Positions 1 to 9,400 of a stretch of 32,000 nt of DNA are shown in pieces. The translations under genes and the position numbers were made by a program. The DNA comes from Pirellula staleyi DSM 6068. Lineage in GTDB: Bacteria > Planctomycetota > Planctomycetia > Pirellulales > Pirellulaceae. The notes below the pieces were generated by a model. That model made no database searches. It was not told the origin of the DNA and saw only the letters and a list, made by a program, of their open reading frames with translations. The DNA is taken from positions 270,001 through 302,000 of the forward strand of contig CP001848.1 in NCBI GenBank assembly GCA_000025185.1. The letters run 5' to 3'. The first letter of the stretch is position 1; every line of letters starts with the position of its first letter.

Positions 1-1
1 C

Positions 2-200
2 GATGTCAGCGAGCTTCTCAACCTGCTCAAGCTGCACCATCAGTACACCGGCAGTGCGATCGCTGATCGCATTTTGCAAGCGTGGCCCGAATCGCTGCAG
101 TCATTCATCAAAGTCATGCCAACCGATTACAAACGTGTTCTCGCCGAACGAGCGAAGCACGACGAAGAAGTCGAAGCAGCCGTTCACGGAGTTCCGAACA

Positions 201-208
<8 letters not shown>
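2..208 (+). CDS. gltB: glutamate synthase large subunit, C-terminal fragment (5' end outside window)
   Basis: Frame-2 translation from the window edge reads [68 protein letters not shown]. The W...F.KV.P.DYKRVL tail matches the conserved C-terminus of GltB proteins as I remember it. The fragment sits directly upstream of gltD and overlaps it by 8 nt (ATGGGTAA). It is missing from the ORF track because the window edge truncates it. Confidence 0.75.
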
Positions 209-1715
<1,507 letters not shown>

Positions 1716-1807
1716 GGAAGGGGTCAGAGAATAGAGGTCAGAGGCCAGATGTAGGGCCGGTTCCACCGGCCGACTTGCACTCACTGTTTACGAATCGACT
1801 TCTTCAC

Positions 1808-1832
1808 CCCAGGTTGCTCGCAACCTGGGTTT
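1808..1832 (+). terminator. GC-rich hairpin downstream of gltD (weak U-tract)
   Basis: CCCAGGTTGC-tc-GCAACCTGGG forms a perfect 10-nt inverted repeat (effectively 9 bp with a 4-nt loop). Only TTT follows it. Confidence 0.3.
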
Positions 1833-1906
1833 ACAAGAGGCATCGACAACTCGACTCCCCTGCTCCATTACCTCCCGCCTAATCTTCCAATCTAACAACA
1901 TCCCAA

Positions 1907-1943
1907 GGGAAGCTTTCTTTAAACAAGAGAGCTTCCCTTTTTT
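1907..1943 (+). terminator. rho-independent terminator of gltBD
   Basis: GGGAAGCTTTCT..AGAGAGCTTCCC forms a stem with one mismatch, followed by TTTTTT (1938-1943). It lies 190 nt after the gltD stop and 12 nt from the stop of the convergent gene. Confidence 0.6.
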
Positions 1944-1955
1944 GTGACTAAATCC

Positions 1956-3014
1956 CTAGCGACCATAGGTCCATAACACCTTATCGATCAGTCGTGGCGT
2001 CCAATGTGTCACGGCAAACCTCTCGTTATTTTCCATCGCCTTTCGGTGCATGATCTGGATTAGCAACTCACCATCGCGTAGCGAGAGTCCTTCAGGCTTC
2101 ATTTTGGCGAGGGAAGTTGCTTCGGGTAGGCCGTCGACTTCACGAAGTGCTTTCACAACAAACTGATCCACGGTTCCGTAGTGCATGGGATAAACGAGAG
2201 ACAATAGCCCAGAGGCACCTGCGGTACCAAGTCCTCGGATTTCACTAGCGATCGACAAGCCCGCTCGAACATCGTTTGGATTTATGTTCCATAGTCGCTG
2301 CCCAATCTCCAATAGCTCCTGCAGCTTTCCTTCGGAGAGATAGTAGCGCAGGCTCTTGGTTGTTGTGGCATAGCGGTTGGATGCGGTGTACTTCCAACGA
2401 AAGTAATCGTCATGCAAGAAGTCGTACCAAGCTTGTGGCCCCAGAGAACGAAGCCAACTGATTTGCAATGATTCAAGGCGTTTTTCGAGTTCTATATTCT
2501 CGGGTCGAACCAGTTCCCAATAGCGATCCAAGGCTTGCTCCCATTCATCGGGACTTGCCGACTGCCACAGTTCGCGGACCGCTATGACGCCACTAGGCCC
2601 CGTACGCGATGAAGGGTGCCCCAGCGACTGGTGGAGTGAACGACAAAATTGCGTGCGAAACTGACGCTGCTGATCACCTATTGGAACCGATGGTGCGAGT
2701 AACTCGACATAGGCCTGAAGCACGGTTTCGAGCCAAAGAAGATCGTCACGCATTCCGGGGGTTGCTAAGGCGACAGCCTCACCAAGCATGCCACCCACAA
2801 GACGTGGGTCGACACCGCTCCGAGACAGACTTTCACTGAACCGTTTGGCGATGTTCCAATACTCATCGACCTTGAGCATGGCTGAGGTCGAGAGCGTTTT
2901 CTGAGAGGCATCGCCCCCCTGCAAAATGACTTGTGCTAACTGGGAGCATGATTCCCGTATCGCAGCTTCATCAAGTAGTAGTTTTGACACACCAGCACCT
3001 TTATCCCTGAACAC
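1956..3014 (-). CDS. hypothetical protein with C-terminal HhH-GPD / OGG-fold-like (DNA glycosylase-type) motif
   Basis: 352-codon ORF with a GTG start at 3014; alternatives are GTG 2990 and ATG 2879. Residues 259-290 (IRGLGTAGASGLLSLVYPMHYGTVDQFVVKAL) align without gaps to the helix-hairpin-helix plus catalytic-Asp segment of EndoIII-type glycosylases. The surrounding W..FL...YFRWKYT... pattern resembles uncharacterised OGG-fold proteins. GC is visibly lower than in the neighbouring genes. Confidence 0.7.
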   Translation of the reverse strand: MFRDKGAGVSKLLLDEAAIRESCSQLAQVILQGGDASQKTLSTSAMLKVDEYWNIAKRFSESLSRSGVDPRLVGGMLGEAVALATPGMRDDLLWLETVLQAYVELLAPSVPIGDQQRQFRTQFCRSLHQSLGHPSSRTGPSGVIAVRELWQSASPDEWEQALDRYWELVRPENIELEKRLESLQISWLRSLGPQAWYDFLHDDYFRWKYTASNRYATTTKSLRYYLSEGKLQELLEIGQRLWNINPNDVRAGLSIASEIRGLGTAGASGLLSLVYPMHYGTVDQFVVKALREVDGLPEATSLAKMKPEGLSLRDGELLIQIMHRKAMENNERFAVTHWTPRLIDKVLWTYGR

Positions 3015-3074
3015 CAGAAGAGAACCTTTCCAAGAACTATTGGAGAAAGGTTGGTGTCGTGTTTGTGCGGCAGT

Positions 3075-3527
3075 TTAGATCTGCGAGAGTTGGATGTCGC
3101 CGAAGGTGAGGAAGATGAGCGTGGTGTCGGAGGGGGCGCGGTAGGCGCCTTGGGCTTCGCAGAGTTTGCAGGCGATGGCGGTGAATTCCCAGCAGTTGGT
3201 TTCGTCGACAATCAACTTGCGAGTAGTGAGTTCATGAATCCCCTTCTCCTGACCGAAGTCAAACACTTGCTTCGCGTGCACAGCGCAGTGCTCGGGAACC
3301 GAGGGATGATCCCAGCCCCAGAGCCAGGTGCTATCGAGGGTATTGAAGGTGCCGATGATCTGCAGCGGACCAGTGGCAACCATGCCATTGGGGGCCCGAA
3401 AGGTGATGGTGCCAGCGTCGAGATCGGCGTCCCAATCGGCCTGGCTGAGTTGCCAAATGCCGTCGTGCGCTTCGGTCTTAAGACGGAGCTCTTCCGTGCA
3501 CTGGGCGAGAAAATCGGTGTACTTCAT
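3075..3527 (-). CDS. DUF6882-like conserved hypothetical protein
   Basis: 150-codon ORF with ATG at 3527, preceded by GGGAG 8 nt upstream. The pattern ...DLDAGTITF....G.....LQIIGTFNTLDSTWLWGWDHPSVP... followed by ...ELT........E..CWEF.A matches my memory of the DUF6882 family (GT.s....TWLWaWaN core). It has no signal peptide or TM segment. Confidence 0.8.
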   Translation of the reverse strand: MKYTDFLAQCTEELRLKTEAHDGIWQLSQADWDADLDAGTITFRAPNGMVATGPLQIIGTFNTLDSTWLWGWDHPSVPEHCAVHAKQVFDFGQEKGIHELTTRKLIVDETNCWEFTAIACKLCEAQGAYRAPSDTTLIFLTFGDIQLSQI

Positions 3528-3577
3528 CGACGTACTCCCAACGAGAAGGGGTGGAATCCGTCGTCAGCATAACGGGC

Positions 3578-4540
3578 CTAGGGTGGGGAAACTACCTCGC
3601 CCCCAAAGCGCGTGCACAGCGACTGCAGCAGTGCAAGATCGGTGTTGTTGCTCATAAAGCGCACGCTCCCATCGGCCATGCCGACATTCGCGCCGGTCGA
3701 GTGACCGCTTCCCATCGTACTCAGACGCTGCTGCACCCAAGGATTCGCCGAGCTATTAGGGCCGGTGGCGCTATCGGGAATGTTCCAGTTGATCGGTCGC
3801 GCGGCCCCTACCAAAAAATCGCCGATCGCATTGCCTTGATCACACCAAGCCCAGCCCGACCAACCCAAGATTGGAAAGGTGGTGTACATCCGGTCGAAGT
3901 TCTTATCGCGGTGATAACGCTCGCCAAACAGAAACGTATTGCTCGTGCCGTCTTGAATTTCCGACATGGTTGTGCGGCTATTGATATAGAAAATACCATC
4001 GTTGCTGATGGTGTAATCACTGCCGGTGTAGGCGCGGAACGAATACTTTCCTGCCACACCGCAGTAGCTGTTGAGGCCATAGACATTGCCCGACACCGTG
4101 GTTTTCGGCTGGGATGCGAGGGGACTGCTCGGGCAGAGAAAAATCTTGACCACCTGCGAGGCCACACTTCCATCGGGGCCGAGATTAGCGCTGACGTTTT
4201 GAAAGTTCCAGGACGACTTGAGATTGTCTTGCTCGATGTAGGGCAAGAGCTCGATCATCATGTTGGTGTAGCGGGCTGGCTCACCCGCTGGAAAGGGTGC
4301 CTGGATCACGCCCGTGGCTGTGCCGCCGGGTGTTGGGTTTTGCCAAGCCGAGGGGAAGTATTTGAAGGTCGACTCGAAGTTGTGAGCCGAGAGGCTGAGC
4401 TGTCGCATGCCGCTGGAGCATTGCATTCGCCGGGCAGCTTCGCGAGCCGCTTGCACGGCTGGCAACAGCAGAGCAACCAGCACTCCAATGATTGCAATCA
4501 CCACCAAAAGTTCTACGAGCGTGAACGCGCGTCGCTGCAT
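3578..4540 (-). CDS. DUF1559 family protein with prepilin-type N-terminal cleavage/methylation domain
   Basis: ATG at 4540 gives MQRRAFTLVELLVVIAIIGVLVALLLPAVQAAREAARR (type IV pilin-like leader and hydrophobic helix). The C-terminal GHSTGANVGMADGSVRF is the H-X9-DG motif. The 108 codons upstream in the track ORF (to 4864) look non-coding. Confidence 0.9.
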   Translation of the reverse strand: MQRRAFTLVELLVVIAIIGVLVALLLPAVQAAREAARRMQCSSGMRQLSLSAHNFESTFKYFPSAWQNPTPGGTATGVIQAPFPAGEPARYTNMMIELLPYIEQDNLKSSWNFQNVSANLGPDGSVASQVVKIFLCPSSPLASQPKTTVSGNVYGLNSYCGVAGKYSFRAYTGSDYTISNDGIFYINSRTTMSEIQDGTSNTFLFGERYHRDKNFDRMYTTFPILGWSGWAWCDQGNAIGDFLVGAARPINWNIPDSATGPNSSANPWVQQRLSTMGSGHSTGANVGMADGSVRFMSNNTDLALLQSLCTRFGGEVVSPP

Positions 4541-4943
4541 GGCACCATCTCTCCCAAGCAAAGGCCGCCGAGTATCCTCCAGCAGCACCTGCCATGGCTT
4601 TTCCCAAGCGAGGCAAAACAACTGCGGCGTATCGGAAGCGAACCAGTCGAAAGTCGAACCACCAGATTGCTCTGGGCCCCCTTTCGAAACGACTCGAAGC
4701 CAATTGGGCGCGAGCGCTGGAAGTTCCTCCCCGGAACGAACATGGCAGCCTCGAGAAATGGCTCGTGACGAGATAGGAACTCGGCACAAGCTGGGAGAGG
4801 CGTTTGGGCAGGCTGTCGCAGCCGAGGCTGACGCTGGAGAGAGAGCGACGAGCCTTCGACGCACGACAGGGCAAACGCTCGAAGCTGGAGGTTCGACCGT
4901 GGTGGGGCCCCACTAATATTGCGGTGTAGCCCCACTCTGGCTA

Positions 4944-4976
4944 GCTACTTTTGGGCTGGCTTGCGAAAAAAGTAGC
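4944..4976 (-). terminator. possible mscL terminator hairpin
   Basis: GCTACTTTT (4944-4952) and AAAAGTAGC (4968-4976) form a 9-bp inverted repeat 44 nt past the mscL stop. On the minus strand the T-run lies inside the stem rather than after it, so the assignment is weak. Confidence 0.25.
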
Positions 4977-5019
4977 CCGGCAGCCTATCGCGCCTCGGTG
5001 TGTGCTGGAGATAGGCCGA

Positions 5020-5520
5020 TTACTTGGCCTTCAGCAGATCGCGGATTTCCATGAGCAATTTTTCTTGCGCTGGTGGCTCGGCAGGTGGCGCTGCAGCGAC
5101 TTCGGCTTTGCGAAGCGCTTCGAGCCGCTTGATAGCGGTGTTCATGATCTTCACGACCATGAAGACGCAGAAGGCGAGAATCGCAAAGTCGATCACGGTA
5201 GTGAGGAACGAACCGTAGGCGATGACCGGTAGTTTGTTCTCGCTAACGATCGAAAAGGGAACGCCACTGTCGATAAGTTTGTTAGCTTCTTCAGTTGTCG
5301 TTTTGGTGGCAGCAGCGAGTTGTTCGGCGCTAAAGAGTCGAATGTAGCGACTTTTGAAATCGAGCGCGTTGTTCGCAACCAAACCGAGGGCAGGCATCAT
5401 GACGTCGCCAACGAGTGATGACGTAATCTTTCCGAACGCCCCGCCGATGATCACACCGACGGCGAGATCGATCACGTTGCCTCGCAAGGCAAAATCGCGG
5501 AATTCTTTCAGTAGTCCCAT
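5020..5520 (-). CDS. mscL: large-conductance mechanosensitive channel
   Basis: MGLLKEFRDFALRGNVIDLAVGVIIGGAFGKITSSLVGDVMMP is near-identical in pattern to the E. coli MscL N-terminus/TM1. The C-terminal LLMEIRDLLK helix is conserved. GGAG lies 8 nt upstream of the ATG. The periplasmic loop is about 25-30 aa longer than in E. coli MscL (from memory). Confidence 0.93.
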   Translation of the reverse strand: MGLLKEFRDFALRGNVIDLAVGVIIGGAFGKITSSLVGDVMMPALGLVANNALDFKSRYIRLFSAEQLAAATKTTTEEANKLIDSGVPFSIVSENKLPVIAYGSFLTTVIDFAILAFCVFMVVKIMNTAIKRLEALRKAEVAAAPPAEPPAQEKLLMEIRDLLKAK

Positions 5521-5827
5521 GTTGCGGCTCCTTCGGCAGATGAATTGGATGAGTAGATGAATAAAGAGTTGTCGACCAAAGGTCTGCTCCCAGTGTAGCT
5601 AGGAACCACAAAAATCCCCAAAGCGAGTATGCAGTTTTCCGCAGCGAGCGCGAGCCTAGTGGAGATCGGCTGTGTCCACGAAATCTGCAGGCGGAATGCG
5701 TGATCCGCTGTACCGGGATTTCGCGATTTTTCCGGTGGTACTACAGTAAGTAGTAGAGCCTGTAGCACAGCCCCCTGGCCCCTGAACCGAGATCGGGGGA
5801 ACTCCGCCTCGACTATCGAGCCCACCG

Positions 5828-7687
5828 TTGACCCCCGCGAACTCCTCTGAAAAGCCATCGACGACCAACACCGAGCCGAGCAACTTCGTGCTGATTGGCC
5901 GGATGATGATGCTGGGGTGGAAGTATCGCTGGGGCTGCGTTCGGCTGCTGGCTCTGCAGGGGCTGCTGCTGCTCACCGCGATTGCCTGCTTGCGATTGAC
6001 CGGCCTTGGCATCGACGTCGTGCGGTTTCATGCCGTGCCGGGTGCCCCTCCCCCATCGTTTCCGTGGTGGGTGCAGCTGTTTCAAACCAAATCGCCGATG
6101 GCCCAGGTGGCTGTGATCGCCGCCATGGTGCTGGTGTTCGAACTGGTACGAGGCGCGCTCAACTATATCTATACGCTCTCGGCCGGCTATCTGGTGCATG
6201 CCCGGATCGTCGTCGACCTCCGCTCGGCGGTGTACGAGAAGATGCAGCAGCTGTCGTTCGGTTTTTTTGACTCCAACGCCACAGGCTCGATTATCAACCG
6301 CGTGACGAGCGACGTGCAAAGCGTGCGGGCGTTTGTCGATGGGGTGCTGATTCAGCTCGTGATTCTGCTGATCTCGCTGGTGGGCTATGTCTCGTACATG
6401 TCGAGCATTCATGTCGGGCTGACAGTCGCCTGCCTCGCCACCACCCCATTGATGTGGGTGGTCACCGCGATCTTCTCTTACCTAACTCGCCCTGCTTATG
6501 ACCGCAATCGAGTGCTGGTCGATGAAGTGATCCTGAACCTGGCCGAGTATGTGCAAGGTGTGCAGGTGATTAAGGGATTTGGCCGCGAACGCGAGGAAGT
6601 GAAGCGGTTCGAGCATGCCAATCGCGAGGTGCAACAGCAGCAGCACGGCATTTTCTGGATGGTGAGTCTGTTCGGCCCCTCGATTGGCTATATGACCCAA
6701 ATTAACCTAGTGATTCTGCTGGCCTACGGCGGCTGGCTCGTCACGCAAAATCAACTGGCGCTCGGTAGTGGGCTGGTGGTGTTTGCCGGGCTGTTGCAGC
6801 AGTTCTCGAGTCAGGTGGCGAACCTCACCAACATTGCCAATAGCGTGCAGCAGAGTCTCAGCGGGGCTCGTCGCGTGTTCGAGGTGCTCGATACCCCCAG
6901 CAGCGTGCGCGAAAGCGATCACCCCATCGACTTGCCGCAGGTGCGTGGCAAGATCGAGCTGGCGAACGTTTCGTTTGCCTATCCGACAGGCGGAACCGTG
7001 CTGCGGAATCTCGATTTGGTGATTGAGCCGGGGGAGCGAATTGCGATTCTGGGAGCGACCGGTTCCGGGAAAAGCTCGCTTTTGTCGCTGATCGCACGGT
7101 TCTACGATCCGACAACGGGCACTGTGCTGATCGATGGGCACGACGCCCGCAACTTGGGGCTGAAACAGCTAAGGCGTCAGATTGGCATCGTGTTTCAAGA
7201 GACCTTCCTGTTCAGCAACACCGTGGCGGCGAACATTGCCTACGGCCATCCCGACGCCACCATGGACGACGTAATTCGCGCGGCGCAAGTTGCTGCAGCG
7301 CATGAATTTATCGTCAACCTGCCCAATGGTTATCAAACCATCCTGGGGGAAGGTGGCTTCGACCTCTCGGGGGGACAGCGGCAGCGTTTAGCGATTGCGC
7401 GAGCCGTGCTGCTCGATCCAGCGATCTTGCTTTTGGACGATCCGGCGGCGGCGATCGATCCGCATACCGAGCACGAGATTCTCGACGCGATGCAGCAGGC
7501 GATGGAGGGCCGAACGACAATTGTCGTGGCGCACCGTCTAAGCACACTTCGATCGTGCGATGCCGTGATCGTGCTCGACGACGGCGAGATCGTGCAGCGT
7601 GGAACGCACGATTCACTGTTCCTCGAAGAGGGCCATTATCGCGACGCAGCGACGGCTCAACTGTCGCAAGCATCGCTGCTTCACTAG
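5828..7687 (+). CDS. ABC transporter permease/ATP-binding protein (MsbA-type exporter)
   Basis: A six-helix ABC exporter membrane domain is followed by an NBD with Walker A GATGSGKSS, signature LSGGQRQRLAIARA, Walker B ILLLDDP and H-loop VVAHRL. The start is uncertain: TTG 5828 (keeps the usual cytoplasmic N-terminal segment) or ATG 5903. Confidence 0.9.
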   Translation: MTPANSSEKPSTTNTEPSNFVLIGRMMMLGWKYRWGCVRLLALQGLLLLTAIACLRLTGLGIDVVRFHAVPGAPPPSFPWWVQLFQTKSPMAQVAVIAAMVLVFELVRGALNYIYTLSAGYLVHARIVVDLRSAVYEKMQQLSFGFFDSNATGSIINRVTSDVQSVRAFVDGVLIQLVILLISLVGYVSYMSSIHVGLTVACLATTPLMWVVTAIFSYLTRPAYDRNRVLVDEVILNLAEYVQGVQVIKGFGREREEVKRFEHANREVQQQQHGIFWMVSLFGPSIGYMTQINLVILLAYGGWLVTQNQLALGSGLVVFAGLLQQFSSQVANLTNIANSVQQSLSGARRVFEVLDTPSSVRESDHPIDLPQVRGKIELANVSFAYPTGGTVLRNLDLVIEPGERIAILGATGSGKSSLLSLIARFYDPTTGTVLIDGHDARNLGLKQLRRQIGIVFQETFLFSNTVAANIAYGHPDATMDDVIRAAQVAAAHEFIVNLPNGYQTILGEGGFDLSGGQRQRLAIARAVLLDPAILLLDDPAAAIDPHTEHEILDAMQQAMEGRTTIVVAHRLSTLRSCDAVIVLDDGEIVQRGTHDSLFLEEGHYRDAATAQLSQASLLH

Positions 7688-7899
7688 CGGCTCGTGGATC
7701 CCCTAAAACGCCTGAATTTCCCGCGATTCAGGGCCGCAAACTCTGCTTAATCGTCACATTCTCGCGCGACGATGCCACGCCCCATCCCCAGCCGACTTCT
7801 ACTAGTGCGCGATTGTATTAGTAAATCGCAATTTGCGGTAACCACAGAAAATGGCCCTTGTCAAGCTTGCTAGCACCTGTGCCGCTCCCCTACCTGGAC

Positions 7900-8040
7900 C
7901 TACTGAAGAACTGCTAAACAACTCGCGATAAACTAATCACTAAATACTCACCAACAATTTTACAAGTGCTCGCTAATTACAAACAAATCAATAAACTATT
8001 ACTTAACACTTAATCACAAACACCTTCAATATTCCTTACG
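7900..8040. other. G-depleted, AT-rich tract with repeated TAAT(C/T)AC motifs
   Basis: About 140 bp with almost no G on the + strand and roughly 30% GC by eye, against ~60% in the surrounding sequence. CTAATCAC (7934), CTAATTAC (7973) and TTAATCAC (8010) recur at 37-39 bp spacing. All frames are closed by stop codons. Confidence 0.5.
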
Positions 8041-8466
8041 ACTTTTCGAATCAACGGTTGGCCGCAGGATTTTGGGGCTGATCGGGGCCTGGAATTTCAA
8101 GAAAAGCGGTCCGCCGCACAAAAAAGTTTCTTCGGTCGTAAGGCCTTATTCCACGCTAAAACCCCTTGCGCAGACCTCCAAAACGCCCTCATATTCACAC
8201 CACCGGACCTGCTAATCTGCTCGTGGGGGCTTGCGTTTCGTTTTTTCTTGGCCATTATCGGGCGTTAAATCTAGGTCAACTTACCTGGATTCACACCGGT
8301 CCCCCTCGGTGTTCGAATGCTCCGCGATCAGCGACCTGCCATGGCACGGCAGACCGCCTCGAGGAGTCCCGCTGAGCAAGTTCCCTCGCCAGAGTGCCAC
8401 TTGGTGAGCACTTGCACGACCCACTGGGGACCATGACCTACCCCGTTTTTGTTTGCATGGAGGAGA

Positions 8467-9225
8467 ATGATGAAGCGATTTCTTTGCCTGGCAGTGATCT
8501 TTGCACTCGCCGGACGTTTGATTGCTGACGATGCCGCGACCGCGAAGAGCGAGGAAGCATCGACCAATCAAGCGTCGACTGCGACGGCGAAGGACAATGC
8601 CGTGCAGGAGGTTCCGCTCCACCAGCATCCCACGATCCTGAAGATGCTGAAGCGGAATAACGAAATCCGCGCCCGCCTGGGGCTCCGTCCCCACCGTATC
8701 AACCCCGCCCTGACGCAGGCCGCTCAAGACCACGCCCGCTACATGGCCCGTACTCGCGACTTCAGCCACTACAGCAATGGTGGACCGCAGTACCGAGCCG
8801 GTCGGTTTAGCTTCCGTGGTTTCGTTCGCGAAAACATCGCCTGGAACTACCGCGATGTCGACCAGACCTTCAACGCCTGGCAAGCCAGCGGCGGACACTA
8901 CGCCTCGATCGTCAGCGACTCGACCGAAGCCGGCTTTGGCTACGCGGTTTCGTCGACCGGCGAAACCTACTGGGTCGGTGTGTACGGCAACGGCACCAAG
9001 GAAGATATCCAAATCGCGACCAAACAGCTCGAGAAAGAAGCTGCCGAACTCGCCGCCAAGGAATACGCTGCTGCCCAAAAAGCAGCCGCTGAAGAAGGCG
9101 ACGTGAAACTCGCGGTCGCTGAAGAAACCGATGGGGCCAAGACGGTGGTGAAACCAGCCTCCGTCGAAATGCCTGTCACCCCTATGGCTGCTCCTATGTC
9201 GAAGGCCCCTATGGGTGGCATGTAA
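8467..9225 (+). CDS. secreted CAP/SCP (PR-1-like) domain protein
   Basis: ATG 8467/8470 directly follows GGAGGAG. The signal peptide is MMKRFLCLAVIFALAGRLIA. CAP core motifs are present (LTQAAQDHARYMA, HYSN, ENIAWNY, WQASGGHYASIVS, GFGYA, YWVGVYG). The C-terminus is an Ala/Glu/Lys-rich helical and Pro/Met-rich tail. Confidence 0.85.
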   Translation: MMKRFLCLAVIFALAGRLIADDAATAKSEEASTNQASTATAKDNAVQEVPLHQHPTILKMLKRNNEIRARLGLRPHRINPALTQAAQDHARYMARTRDFSHYSNGGPQYRAGRFSFRGFVRENIAWNYRDVDQTFNAWQASGGHYASIVSDSTEAGFGYAVSSTGETYWVGVYGNGTKEDIQIATKQLEKEAAELAAKEYAAAQKAAAEEGDVKLAVAEETDGAKTVVKPASVEMPVTPMAAPMSKAPMGGM

Positions 9226-9297
9226 TCTGCCACGCTCTGCTGGCTGATTATTTTTGATCGTCAACCACCGGGATCCAGCCCCGCAGCTGATCCCTTG

Positions 9298-9337
9298 GAA
9301 AAATGCGTGGCTCGTTGTCGACCCAGACGAGCCACGC
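9298..9337. terminator. bidirectional-type terminator between convergent genes
   Basis: GCGTGGCTCGT (9305-9315) and ACGAGCCACGC (9327-9337) form a perfect 11-bp stem with an 11-nt loop. On the minus strand ATTTTTCC follows it, a good fit for the gene ending at 9401. On the plus strand only TTGCTTT follows. Confidence 0.6.
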
Positions 9338-9400
9338 TTGCTTTAAACTCCGCCGACGACCCAATCTTCCCAGACAACCAGCTCGACTGGCAGCAAATCG

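Noticed and set aside
8307-8325. tRNA T-loop-like GGTGTTCGAATGC.
   Set aside because: The flanking 5-mers (CGGTG / GCTCC) are not complementary. No acceptor, D or anticodon arms can be built on either strand.
8074-8333. tmRNA-like 5' end GGGGCTGATCGGGGCCTGGAATTTC (E. coli ssrA starts GGGGCUGAUUCUGGAUUCGAC), with GCTGATCG pairing to CGATCAGC at 8325-8332.
   Set aside because: The 3' partner would give G-G and G-A mismatches at acceptor positions 3:70 and 2:71, and there is no ...CCACCA-type end. No T-arm with complementary stems and no resume-codon/tag ORF are visible. A rough estimate gives several 8-mer inverted matches by chance in a 760-bp region.
8392-8440. Cobalamin-riboswitch-like fragments (GCCACTTGG, CCACTGGGGA) in the CAP-gene leader.
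   Set aside because: Only loose resemblance to the B12-box/GCCACUG core. The GGGAA..GGUG.AA..CC elements are absent, and a CAP-domain gene is not a plausible B12-regulated target.
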